Shown here piece after piece: positions 1 to 15,000 of a stretch of DNA of 64,000 nucleotides. The notes under the pieces were generated by a model. It was not told where the DNA came from and ran no database searches. It worked only from the letters and a program-made list of their open reading frames with translations. A program made the position numbers and the translations under genes. This DNA comes from Eledone cirrhosa (lineage: Eukaryota). How positions within the stretch are numbered: the first letter of the stretch is position 1; every line of letters begins with the position of its first letter. The stretch lies in assembly GCA_964016885.1 (NCBI GenBank), contig CAXHJY010000491.1, positions 62,001-126,000 on the forward strand. Reading direction: 5' to 3'.

Positions 1-3000
1 GCAATTACTGAGACTGTTACAGCACTCTAGCAAGTACTGAAACTGTTACAGCACTATAGCAAGTACTGAGACTGTTACGACACTATAGCAAGTATTGAGA
101 CTGTTACAACACTATAGCAAGTACTGACTACTGAGATTGTTACAACACTATAGCAAGTACTGAGACTGTTACAACACTATAGCAAGTACTGACTACTGAG
201 ATTGTTACAACACTATAGCAAACACTGAGACTGTTACAACACTATAGCAAGTACTGAGACTGTTACAGCACTATAGCAAGTACTGAGACTGTTACACCAA
301 TATAGCAAGTACTGAGATTGTTACAATAATATAGCAAGTACTGAGACTGTTACAACAATATAGCAAGTACTGACTACTGAGGCGGTTACAACACTATAGC
401 AAGTACTGAGACTGTTACCGCACTATTGCAAGTACTGAGACTGTTACAACAATATAGCAAGTACTAAATACTGAGACTGTTACAACACTATAGCAAGTAC
501 TGAGACTGTTACATCACTATAGCAAGTACTGAGACTGTTACAACACTAGAGCAAGTACTGAGACTGTTACAACACTATAGCAAGTACTGAGACTGTTACA
601 ACACTATATCAAGTACTGAGACTGTTACAACACTATAGAAAGTACTGAGACTGTTACAACACTATAGCAAGTACTGAGACTGTTACAACTCTATATCAAG
701 TACTGAGACTGTTACAACACTATAGCAAGTACTGAAACTGTTACAACACTATAGCAAGTACTGAGACTGTTACAGCACTATAGCAAGTACTGACTACTGA
801 GACTGTTACAACACTATAGCAAGTACTGAGACTGTTAAAACACTATAGCAAGTACTGAGACTGTGACAACAATATAGCAAGTACTGAGACTGTTACAACA
901 CTATTGCAAGTACTGAGACTGTTACAACACTATATCAAGTAGTGAGACTGTTACAACACTATAGCAAGTCCTGGGACTGTTACAACACTATAGCAAGTAC
1001 TGAGACTGTTACAGCACTGTATCATGTACTGAGACTGTTACAACACTATAGCAAGTACTGAGACTCTTACAACACTATAGCAAGTACTGAGACTGTTACA
1101 GCACTATAGCAAGTACTGAGACTGTTACATCACTATAGAAAGTACTGAGTCTGTTACAACACTATTGCAAGTTCTGAGGCTGTTACAACACTATAACAAG
1201 TACTGAGACTGTTACAACACTATAGCAAGTACTGAGACAGTTACAGCACGATAGCAAGTACTGAGACTGTTACAGCACTATAGTAAGTACTGAGACTGTT
1301 ACAACACTATAGCAAGTAATGAGACTGTTACAACACTATAGCAAGTACTGACTACTGAGATTGTTAAAACACTATAGCAAGTACTGAGACTGTTACAACA
1401 CTATAGCAAGTACTGACTACTGAGATTGTTACAACACTATAGCAAGTACTGAGACTGTTACAGCACTATAGCATGTACTGAGACTGTTACAACAATATAG
1501 CAGGTACTGAGACAGCTAAGACACTATATCAAGTAGTGAGACTGTTACAACACTATAGCAAGTACTGAGACTGTTACAGCACTATTGCAAGTACTGAGAC
1601 TGTTACAACACTATAGCAAGTACTGAGACTGTTACAACACTATTGCAAGTACTGAGACTGTTACAACACTATAGCAAGTACTGAGACTGTTACAACACTA
1701 TAGCAAGTACTGAGACTGTTACAACACTATAGCAAGTACTGAGACTGTTACAACACTATAGCAATTACTGAGACTGTTACAGCACTATAGCAAGTACTGA
1801 GATCCTTACCGCACTATAGCAAGTCATGAGACTGTTACAACAATATAGCAAGTACTGAGAGTGTTACAACACTATAGCAAGTACTGAGACTGTTACAACA
1901 CTATAGCAAGTACTAACTACTGAGATTGTTACAACACTATATCAAGTACTGAGACTGTTACAACACTATAGCAAGTACTGAGACTGTTACAACAATATAG
2001 CAATTACTGAGACTGTTACAACATTATAGCAAGTACTGGGACTGTTACAACACTATAACAAGTACTGGGACTGTTGCAACACTATAGCAAGTACTGAGAC
2101 TGTTACAACAATATAGCAAGTACTGACTACTGAGACTGTTACAACACTATAGCAAGTACTGAGACTGTTACAACACTATAGCAAGTACTGACTACTGAGA
2201 TTGTTACAACACTATAGCAAGTACTGAGACAGTTACAGCACGATAGCAAGTACTGAGACTGTTACAACACTATTGCATGTACTAAGACTGTTACAACACT
2301 ATAGCAAGTACTGAGACAGTTACAGCACGATGGCAAGTACTGAGACTGTTACAGCACTATAGTAAGTACTGAGACTGTTACAACACTATAGCAAGTACTG
2401 AGACTGTTACAACACTATAGCAAGTACTGAGACTGTTACAGAACTATAGCAAGTACTGAGACTGTTACAGCACTATAGAAAGTACTGAGTCTATTACCAC
2501 ACTATTGCAAGTTCTGAGACTGTTACAGCACTATAGTAAGTACTTAGACTGTTACAAGACTATAGCAAGTAATGAGACTGTTACAACAGTGTAGCAAGTA
2601 CTGACTACTGAGATTGTTACAACACTATAGCAAGTACTGAGACTGTTACAACACTATAGCAAGTACTGACTACTGAGATTGTTACAACACTATATCAAGT
2701 ACTGAGACTGTTACAGCACGATAGCAAGTACTGAGACTGTTACAACAATATAGCAGGTACTGAGACAGTTAAAACACTATAGCAAGTACTGAGACTGTTA
2801 CAACACTATAGCAAGTACTGAGACTGTTACAACACTATAGCAAGTACTGTGACTGTTACAACACTATAGCAAGTACTGAAACTGTTACAACACTATAGCA
2901 AGTACTGAGACTGTTACAACAATATAGCAAGTACTGACTACTGAGACTGTTACAACACTATAGCAAGTACTGAGACTGTTACAGCACTATTGCAAGTACT

Positions 3001-6000
3001 GAGACTGTTACAACACTATAGCAAGTACTGAGACTGTTACAACACTATTGCAAGTACTGAGACTGTTACAACACTATAGCAAGTACTGAGACTGTTACAA
3101 CACTATAGCAAGTACTGAGACTGTTACAACACTATAGCAAGTACTGAGACTGTTACAACACTATAGCAATTACTGAGACTGTTACAGCACTATAGCAAGT
3201 ACTGAGGTCCTTACCGCACTATAGCAAGTCATAAGACTGTTACAACACTATAGCAAGTACTGAGACTGTTACAACACTATAGCAAGTACTGAGACTGTTA
3301 CAACACTATAGCAAGTACTAACTACTGAGATGGTTACAACACTATAGCAAGTACTGAGACTGTTACAACACTATAGCAAGTACTGAGACTGTTACAACAA
3401 TATAGCAATTACTGAGGCTCTTACAACACTATAGCAAGTACTGGGACTGATACAACACTATAACAAGTACTGGAACTGTTACAACACTATAGCAAGTACT
3501 GGGACTGTTACAACACTATAGCAAGTACTGGGACTGTTACAACACTATAGCAAGTACTGAGACTGTTACAACACTATAGCAAGTACTGACTACTGAGACT
3601 GTTACAACACTATTGCAAGTACTGAGACTGTTACAATACTATAGCAAGTACTGAGACTGTTACAACATTATAGCAAGTACTGAAACTCTTACAACACTAT
3701 AGCAAGTACTGGGACTGTTACAACACTATAGCAAGTAGTGAGACTGTTACAACACTATAGCAAGTACTGAGACTGTTACAACACTATAGCAAGTACTGAG
3801 ACTCTTACAACACTGTAGCAAGTACTGAGACTCTTACAACACTATAGCAAGTACTGAGACTGTTACAACACTATAGCAAGTACTGAGACTGTTACAACAC
3901 TATAGCAAGTACTGAGACTGTTACAACAATATAGCAATTACTGAGACTGTTACAACATTATAGCAAGTACTGGGACTGTTACAACACTATAACAAGTACT
4001 GGGACTGTTGCAACACTATAGCAAGTACTGAGACTGTTACAACAATATAGCAAGTACTGACTACTGAGACTGTTACAACACTATAGCAAGTACTGAGACT
4101 GTTACAACACTATAGCAAGTACTGACTACTGAGATTGTTACAACACTATAGCAAGTACTGAGACAGTTACAGCACGATAGCAAGTACTGAGACTGTTACA
4201 ACACTATTGCATGTACTAAGACTGTTACAACACTATAGCAAGTACTGAGACAGTTACAGCACGATGGCAAGTACTGAGACTGTTACAGCACTATAGTAAG
4301 TACTGAGACTGTTACAACACTATAGCAAGTACTGAGACTGTTACAACACTATAGCAAGTACTGAGACTGTTACAGAACTATAGCAAGTACTGAGACTGTT
4401 ACAGCACTATAGAAAGTACTGAGTCTATTACCACACTATTGCAAGTTCTGAGACTGTTACAGCACTATAGTAAGTACTTAGACTGTTACAAGACTATAGC
4501 AAGTAATGAGACTGTTACAACAGTGTAGCAAGTACTGACTACTGAGATTGTTACAACACTATAGCAAGTACTGAGACTGTTACAACACTATAGCAAGTAC
4601 TGACTACTGAGATTGTTACAACACTATATCAAGTACTGAGACTGTTACAGCACGATAGCAAGTACTGAGACTGTTACAACAATATAGCAGGTACTGAGAC
4701 AGTTAAAACACTATAGCAAGTACTGAGACTGTTACAACACTATAGCAAGTACTGAGACTGTTACAACACTATAGCAAGTACTGTGACTGTTACAACACTA
4801 TAGCAAGTACTGAAACTGTTACAACACTATAGCAAGTACTGAGACTGTTACAACAATATAGCAAGTACTGACTACTGAGACTGTTACAACACTATAGCAA
4901 GTACTGAGACTGTTACAGCACTATTGCAAGTACTGAGACTGTTACAACACTATAGCAAGTACTGAGACTGTTACAACACTATTGCAAGTACTGAGACTGT
5001 TACAACACTATAGCAAGTACTGAGACTGTTACAACACTATAGCAAGTACTGAGACTGTTACAACACTATAGCAAGTACTGAGACTGTTACAACACTATAG
5101 CAATTACTGAGACTGTTACAGCACTATAGCAAGTACTGAGGTCCTTACCGCACTATAGCAAGTCATAAGACTGTTACAACACTATAGCAAGTACTGAGAC
5201 TGTTACAACACTATAGCAAGTACTGAGACTGTTACAACACTATAGCAAGTACTAACTACTGAGATGGTTACAACACTATAGCAAGTACTGAGACTGTTAC
5301 AACACTATAGCAAGTACTGAGACTGTTACAACAATATAGCAATTACTGAGGCTCTTACAACACTATAGCAAGTACTGGGACTGATACAACACTATAACAA
5401 GTACTGGAACTGTTACAACACTATAGCAAGTACTGGGACTGTTACAACACTATAGCAAGTACTGGGACTGTTACAACACTATAGCAAGTACTGAGACTGT
5501 TACAACACTATAGCAAGTACTGACTACTGAGACTGTTACAACACTATTGCAAGTACTGAGACTGTTACAATACTATAGCAAGTACTGAGACTGTTACAAC
5601 ATTATAGCAAGTACTGAAACTCTTACAACACTATAGCAAGTACTGGGACTGTTACAACACTATAGCAAGTAGTGAGACTGTTACAACACTATAGCAAGTA
5701 CTGAGACTGTTACAACACTATAGCAAGTACTGAGACTCTTACAACACTGTAGCAAGTACTGAGACTCTTACAACACTATAGCAAGTACTGAGACTGTTAC
5801 AACACTATAGCAAGTACTGAGACTGTTACAACACTATAGCAAGTACTGAGACTGTTACAACACTATAGCAAGTACTGGGACTGTTACAACACTATAGCAA
5901 GTACTGAGACTGTTACAACACTATAGCAAGTACTGACTACTGAGACTGTTACAACACTATAGCAAGTACTGGGACTGTTACAACACTATAGCAAGTACTG

Positions 6001-9000
6001 AGACTGTTACAACAATATAGCAAGTACTGACTACTGAGACTGTTACAACATTACAGCAAGTACTGAGACTGTTACAACACTATAGCAAGTACTGAGACTA
6101 TTACAACAATATAGCAAGTACTGAGACTGTTTCAACACTATAGCATTTACTGAGACTGTTACAACACTATAGCAAGTACTGAGACTGTTACAGCACTATA
6201 TCAAGTAGTGAGACTGTTACAACACTATAGCAAGTACTGAGACTGTTACAGCACTATTGCAAGTACTGAGACTGTTACAACACTATAGCAAGTACTGAGA
6301 CTGTTACAACACTATTGCAAGTACTGAGACTGTTACAACACTATAGCATGTACTGAGACTGTTACAACACTATAGTAAGTACTGAGACTGTTACAACACT
6401 ATAGCAAGTACTGAGACTGTTACAACACTATAGCAATTACTGAGACTGTTACAGCACTATAGCAAGTACAGAGATCCTTACCGCACTATAGCAAGTCATG
6501 AGACTGTTACAACAATATAGCAAGTACTGAGAGTGTTACAACACTATATCAAGTACTGAGACTGTTACAACACTATAGCAAGTACTGAGACTGTTACAAC
6601 AATATAGCAATTACTGAGACTGTTACAACATTATAGCAAGTACTGGGACTGTTACAACACTATAACAAGTACTGGGACTATTGCAACACTATAGCAAGTA
6701 CTGAGACTGTTACAACAATATAGCAAGTACTGAGACTGTTACAACATTACAGCAAGTACTGAGACTGTTACATTACTATAGCAAGTACTGAGACTATTAC
6801 AACACTATAGCAAGTACTGAGACTCTTTCAACACTATAGCAATTACTGAGACTGTTACAACACAATAGCAAGTACTGAGACTGTTACAGCACTATAGCAA
6901 GTACTGAGACTGTTACAGCACTATTGCAAGTACTGAGACTGTTACAGCACTATTGCAAGTACTGAGACTGTTACAACACTATAGCAAGTACTGAGACTGT
7001 TACAACACTATAGCAAGTACTGAGACTGTTACAACATTATAGCATGTACTGAGACTGTTACAACATTATAGCAAGTACTGAGACTGTTACAGCACTATAG
7101 CAAGTGCTGAGACTGTTACGACACTATAGCAAGTATTGAGACTGTTACAACACTATAGCAAGTACTGAGACTGTTACAGCACTATAGCAAGTACTGAGAC
7201 TGTTACAGCACTATTGCAAGTACTGAGACTGTTACAACAATATAGCAAGTACTAAATACTGAGACTGTTACAACACTATAGCAAGTACTGAGACTGTTAC
7301 ATCACTATAGCAAGTACTGAGACTGTTACAACACTAGAGCAAGTACTGAGACTGTTACAACACTATAGCAAGTACTGAGACTGTTACAACACTATATCAA
7401 GTACTGAGACTGTTACAACTCTATAGCAAGTACTGAGACTGGTACAACACTATAGCAAGTACTGAGACTGTTACAGCACTATATCAAGTACTGAGACTGT
7501 TACAACACTATAGCAAGTACTGAGACTGTTACAACACTATAGCAAGTACTGAGACTGTTACAGCACTATAGCAAGTACTGAGACTGGTTCACCAATATAG
7601 CAAGTACTGAGACTGTTACAACAATATAGCAAGTACTGAGACTGTTACAACAATATAGCAAGTACTGACTACTGAGACTGTTACAACACTATAGGAAGTA
7701 CTGAGACTGTTAAAACACTATAGCAAGTACTGAGACTGTGACAACAATATAGCAAGTACTGAGACTGTTACAACACTATATCAAGTAGTGAGACTGTTAC
7801 AACACCATAGCAAGTACTGAGACTGTTACAACACTATAGCAAGTACTGAGACTGTTACAGCACTGTATCAAGTACTGAGACTGTTACAACACTATAGCAA
7901 GTACTGAGACTCTTACAACACTATAGCAAGTACTGAGACTGTTACAGCACTATAGCAAGTACTGAGACTGTTACAGCACTATAGAAAGTACTGAGTCTGT
8001 TACAACACTATTGCAAGTTCTGAGACTGTTACAACACTATAACAAGTACTGAGACTGTTACAACACTATAGCAAGTACTGACTACTGAGATTGTTACAAC
8101 ACTATAGCAAGTACTGAGACTGTTACAGCACTATAGCATGTACTGAGACTGTTACAACAATATAGCAGGTACTGAGACAGCTAAAACACTATAGCAAGTA
8201 CTGAGACTGTTACAACACTATAGCAAGTACTGAGACTGTTTCAACACTATAGCAATTACTGAGACTGTTACAACACTATAGCAAGTACTGAGACTGTTAC
8301 AGCACTATAGCAAGTACTGAGACTGTTACAACACTATAGCAAGTACTGAGACTGTTACAACACTATAGCAAGTACTGAGACTGTTACAACACTATAGCAA
8401 GTACTGAGACTGTTACAACACTATAGCAATTACTGAGACTGTTACAGCACTATAGCAAGTACTGAGATCCTTACCGCACTATAGCAAGTCATAAGACTGT
8501 TACAACACTATAGAATGTACTGAGACTGTTACAACACTATAGCAATTACTGAGACTGTTACAGCACTATAGCAAGTACTGAGATCCTTACCGCACTATAG
8601 CAAGTCATAAGACTGTTACAACACTATAGAATGTACTGAGACTGTTACAACACTATAGCAAGTACTGAGACTGTTACAACACTATAGCAAGTACTAACTA
8701 CTGAGATTGTTACAACACTATAGCAAGTACTGAGACTGTTACAACACTATAGCAAGTACTGAGACTGTTACAACAATATAGCAATTACTGAGACTGTTAC
8801 AGCACTATAGCAATTACTGAAACTGTTACAGCACTGTAGCAAGTACTGAGACTGTTACGACACTTTAGCAAGTATTGAGACTGTTACAACACTATAGCAA
8901 GTACTGACTACTGAGATTGTTACAACACTATAGCAAGTACTGAGACTGTTACAACACTATAGCAAGTACTGACTACTGAGATTGTTACAACACTATAGCA

Positions 9001-12000
9001 AACACTGAGACTGTTACAACACTATAGCAAGTACTGACTACTGAGATTGTTACAACACTATAGCAAACACTGAGACTGTTACAACACTATAGCAAGTACT
9101 GAGACTGTTACAGCACTATAGCAAGTACTGAGACTGTTACACCAATATAGCAAGTACTGAGATTGTTACAATAATATAGCAAGTACTGAGACTGTTACAA
9201 CAATATAGCAAGTACTGACTACTGAGACTGTTACAACATTATAGCAACTACTGAGACTGTTACAGCACTATAGCAAGTACTGAGACTGTTACAGCACTAT
9301 TGCAAGTACTGAGACTGTTACAACAATATAGCAAGTACTAAATACTGAGACTGTTACAACACTATAGCAAGTACTGAGACTGTTACATCACTATAGCAAG
9401 TACAGAGACTGTTACAACACTAGAGCAAGTACTGAGACTGTTACAACACTATAGCAAGTACTGAGACTGTTACAACACTATATCAAGTACTGAGATTGTT
9501 ACAACACTATAGCAAGTACTGAGACTGTTACAACACTATAGCAAGTACTTAGACTGTTACAACACTATATCAAGTACTGAGACTGTTACAACACTATAGC
9601 AAGTACTGAGACTGTTACAACACTATAGCAAGTACTGAGACTGTTACAGCACTATAGCAAGTACTGAGACTGGTTCACCAATATAGCAAGTACTCAGACT
9701 GTTACAACAATATAGCAAGTACTGAGACTGTTACAACAATATAGCAAGTACTGACTACTGAGACTGTAACAACACTATAGCAAGTACTGAGACTGTTAAA
9801 ACACTATAGCAAGTACTGAGACTGTGACAACAATATAGCAAGTACTGAGACTGTTACAACACTATATCAAGTAGTGAGACTGTTACAACACCATAGCAAG
9901 TACTGAGACTGTTACAACACTATAGCAAGTACTGAGACTGTTACAGCACTGTATCAAGTACTGAGACTGTTACAACACTATAGCAAGTACTGAGACTCTT
10001 ACAACACTATAGCAAGTACTGAGACTGTTACAGCACTATAGCAAGTACTGAGACTGTTACAGCACTATAGAAAGTACTGAGTCTGTTACAACACTATTGC
10101 AAGTTCTGAGACTGTTACAACACTATAACAAGTACTGAGACTGTTACAACACTATAGCAAGTACTGAGACAGTTACAGCACGATAGCAAGTACTGAGACT
10201 GTTACAGCACTATAGTAAGTACTGAGACTGTTACAACACTATAGCAAGTACTGAGACTGTTACAACACTATAGCAAGTACTGACTACTGAGATTGTTACA
10301 ACACTATAGCAAGTACTGAGACTGTTACAGCACTATAGCAAGTACTGAGACTGTTACAGCACTATTGCAAGTACTGAGACTGTTACAACACTATAGCAAG
10401 TACTGAGACTGTTACAACACTATTGCAAGTACTGAGTCTGTTACAACACTATAGCAAGTACTGAGACTGTTACAACACTATAGCAAGTACTGAGACTGTT
10501 ACAACACTATAGCAAGTACTGAGACTGTTACAACACTATAACAATTACTGAGACTGTTACAGCACTATAGCAAGTACTGAGATCCTTACCGCACTATAGC
10601 ATGTCATATGACTCTTACAACACTATAGCATGTACTGAGACTGTTACAACACTATAGCAATTACTGAGACTGTTACAACACTATAGCAAGTACTAACTAC
10701 TGAGAATGTTACAACACTATAGCAAGTACTGAGACTGTTACAACACTATAGCAAGTACTGAGACTGTTACAACAATATAGCAATTACTGAGACTGTTACA
10801 GCACTATAGCAAGTACTGAAACTGTTACAGCACTATAGCAAGTACTGAGACTGTTACGACACTATAGCAAGTATTGAGACTGTTACAACACTATAGCAAG
10901 TACTGACTACTGAGATTGTTACAACACTATAGCAAGTACTGAGACTGTTACAACACTATAGCAAGTACTGACTACTGAGATTGTTACAACACTATAGCAA
11001 ACACTGAGACTGTTACAACACTATAGCAAGTACTGAGACTGTTACAGCACTATAGCAAGTACTGAGACTGTTACACCAATATAGCAAGTACTGAGATTGT
11101 TACAATAATATAGCAAGTACTGAGACTGTTACAACAGTATAGCAAGTACTGACTACTGAGACTGTTACAACATTATAGCAAGTACTGAGACTGTTACAGC
11201 ACTATAGCAAGTACTGAGACTGTTACAGCACTATTGCAAGTACTGAGAATGTTACAACAATATAGCAAGTACTAAATACTGAGACTGTTACAACACTATA
11301 GCAAGTACTGAGACTGTTACATCACTATAGCAAGTACTGAGACTGTTTCAACACTAGAGCAAGTACTGAGACTGTTACAACACTATAGCAAGTACTGAGA
11401 CTGTTACAACACTATATCAAGTACTGAGACTGTTACAACACTATAGCAAGTACTGAGACTGTTACAACACTATAGCAAGTACTGAGACTGTTACAACACT
11501 ATATCAAGTACTGAGACTGTTACAACACTATAGCAAGTACTGAGACTGTTACAACACTATAGCAAGTACTGAGACTGTTACAGCACTATAGCAAGTACTG
11601 AGACTGGTTCACCAATATAGCAAGTACTCAGACTGTTACAACAATATAGCAAGTACTGAGACTGTTACAACAATATAGCAAGTACTGACTACTGAGACTG
11701 TAACAACACTATAGCAAGTACTGAGACTGTTAAAACACTATATCAAGTAGTGAGACTGTTACAACACCATAGCAAGTAATGAGACTGTTACAACACTATA
11801 GCAAGTACTGAGACTGTTACAGCACTGTATCAAGTACTGAGACTGTTACAACACTATAGCAAGTACTGAGACTCTTACAACACTATAGCAAGTACTGAGA
11901 CTGTTACAGCACTATAGCAAGTACTGAGACTGTTACAGCACTATAGAAAGTACTGAGTCTGTTACAACACTATTGCAAGTTCTGAGACTGTTACAACACT

Positions 12001-15000
12001 ATAACAAGTACTGAGACTGTTACAACACTATAGCAAGTACTGAGACAGTTACAGCACTATAGTAAGTACTGAGACTGTTACAACACTATAGCAAGTACTG
12101 AGACTGTTACAACACTATAGCAAGTACTGACTACTGAGATTGTTACAACACTATAGCAAGTACTGAGACTGTTACAGCACTATAGCATGTACTGAGACTG
12201 TTACAACAATATAGCAGGTACTGAGACAGCTAAAACACTATAGCAAGTACTGAGACTGTTACAACACTATAGCAAGTACTGAGACTGTTTCAACACTATA
12301 GCAATTACTGAGACTGTTACAACACTATAGCAAGTACTGAGACTGTTACAGCACTATAGCAAGTACTGAGACTGTTACAGCACTATTGCAAGTACTGAGA
12401 CTGTTACAACACTATAGCAAGTACTGAGACTGTTACAACACTATTGCAAGTACTGAGACTGTTACAACACTATAGCAAGTACTGAGACTGTTACAACACT
12501 ATAGCAAGTACTGAGACTGTTACAACACTATAGCAAGTACTGAGACTGTTACAACACTATAGCAATTACTGAGACTGTTACAGCACTATAGCAAGTACTG
12601 AGATCCTTACCGCACTATAGCAAGTCATAAGACTGTTACAACACTATAGCATGTACTGAGACTGTTACAACACTATAGCAAGTACTGAGACTGTTACAAC
12701 ACTATAGCAAGTACTAACTACTGAGATTGTTACAACACTATAGCAAGTACTGAGACTGTTACAACACTATAGCAAGTACTGAGACTGTTACAACAATATA
12801 GCAATTACTGAGACTGTTACAGCACTATAGCAAGTACTGAAACTGTTACAGCACTATAGCAACTACTGAGACTGTTACGACACTATAGCAAGTATTGAGA
12901 CTGTTACAACACTATAGCAAGTACTGACTACTGAGATTGTTACAACACTATAGCAAGTACTGAGACTGTTACAACACTATAGCAAGTACTGACTACTGAG
13001 ATTGTTACAACACTATAGCAAACACTGAGACTGTTACAACACTATAGCAAGTACTGAGACTTTTACAGCACTATAGCAAGTACTGAGACTGTTACACCAA
13101 TATAGCAAGTACTGAGACTGTTACAACAATATAGCAAGTACTGACTACTGAGGCGGTTACAACACTATAGCAAGTACTGAGACTGTTACCGCACTATTGC
13201 AAGTACTGAGACTGTTACAACAATATAGCAAGTACTAAATACTGAGACTGTTACAACACTATAGCAAGTACTGAGACTGTTACATCACTATAGCAAGTAC
13301 TGAGACTGTTACAACACTAGAGCAAGTACTGAGACTGTAACAACACTATAGCAAGTACTGAGACTGTTACAACACTATATCAAGTACTGAGACTGTTACA
13401 ACACTATAGCAAGTACTGAGACTGTTACAACACTATAGCAAGTACTGAGACTGTTACAACTCTATATCAAGTACTGAGACTGTTACAACACTATAGCAAG
13501 TACTGAAACTGTTACAACACTATAGCAAGTACTGAGACTGTTACAGCACTATAGCAAGTACTGACTACTGAGACTGTTACAACACTATAGCAAGTACTGA
13601 GACTGTTAAAACACTATAGCAAGTACTGAGACTGTGACAACAATATAGCAAGTACTGAGACTGTTACAACACTATTGCAAGTACTGAGACTGTTACAACA
13701 CTATATCAAGTAGTGAGACTGTTACAAGACTATAGCAAGTCCTGAGACTGTTACAACACTATAGCAAGTACTGAGACTCTTACAACACTATAGCAAGTAC
13801 TGAGACTGTTACAGCACTATAGCAAGTACTGAGACTGTTACATCACTAAAGAAAGTACTGAGTCTGTTACAACACTATTGCAAGTTCTGAGGCTGTTACA
13901 ACACTATAACAAGTACTGAGACTGTTACAACACTATAGCAAGTACTGAGACAGTTACAGCACGATAGCAAGTACTGAGACTGTTACAGCACTATAGTAAG
14001 TACTGAGACTGTTACAACACTATAGCAAGTAATGAGACTGTTACAACACTATAGCAAGTACTGACTACTGAGATTGTTAAAACACTATAGCAAGTACTGA
14101 GACTGTTACAACACTATAGCAAGTACTGACTACTGAGATTGTTACAACACTATAGCAAGTACTGAGACTGTTACAGCACTATAGCATGTACTGAGACTGT
14201 TACAACAATATAGCAGGTACTGAGACAGCTAAGACACTATAGCAAGTACTGAGACTGTTACAACACTATAGCAAGTACTGAGACTGTTTCAACACTATAG
14301 CAATTACTGAGACTGTTACAACACTATACCAAGTACTGAGACTGTTACAGCACTATAGCAAGTACTGAGACTGTTACAGCACTATTGCAAGTACTGAGAC
14401 TGTTACAACACTATAGCAAGTACTGAGACTGTTACAACACTATTGCAAGTACTGAGACTGTTACAACACTATAGCAAGTACTGAGACTGTTACAACACTA
14501 TAGCAAGTACTGAGACTATTACAACACTATAGCAAGTACTGAGACTGTTACAACACTATACCAATTACTGAGACTGTTACAGCACTATAGCAAGTACTGA
14601 GATCCTTACCGCACTATAGCAAGTCATAAGACTGTTACAACCCTATAGCAAGTACTGAGACTGTTACAACACTATAGCAAGTACTGAGACTGTTACAACA
14701 CTATAGCAAGTACTAACTACTGAGATTGTTACAACACTATAGCAAGTACTGAGACTGTTACAACACTATAGCAAGTACTGAGACTGTTACAACAATATAG
14801 CAATTAATGAGACTGTTACAACACTATAACAAGTACTGAGACTGTTACAACACTATATTAAGTACTGAGACAGTTACAGCACGATACCAAGTACTGAGAC
14901 TGTTACAGCACTATAGTAAATACTGAGACTGTTACAACACTATAGCAAGTAATGAGACTGTTACAACACTATAGCAAGTACTGACTACTGAGATTGTTAC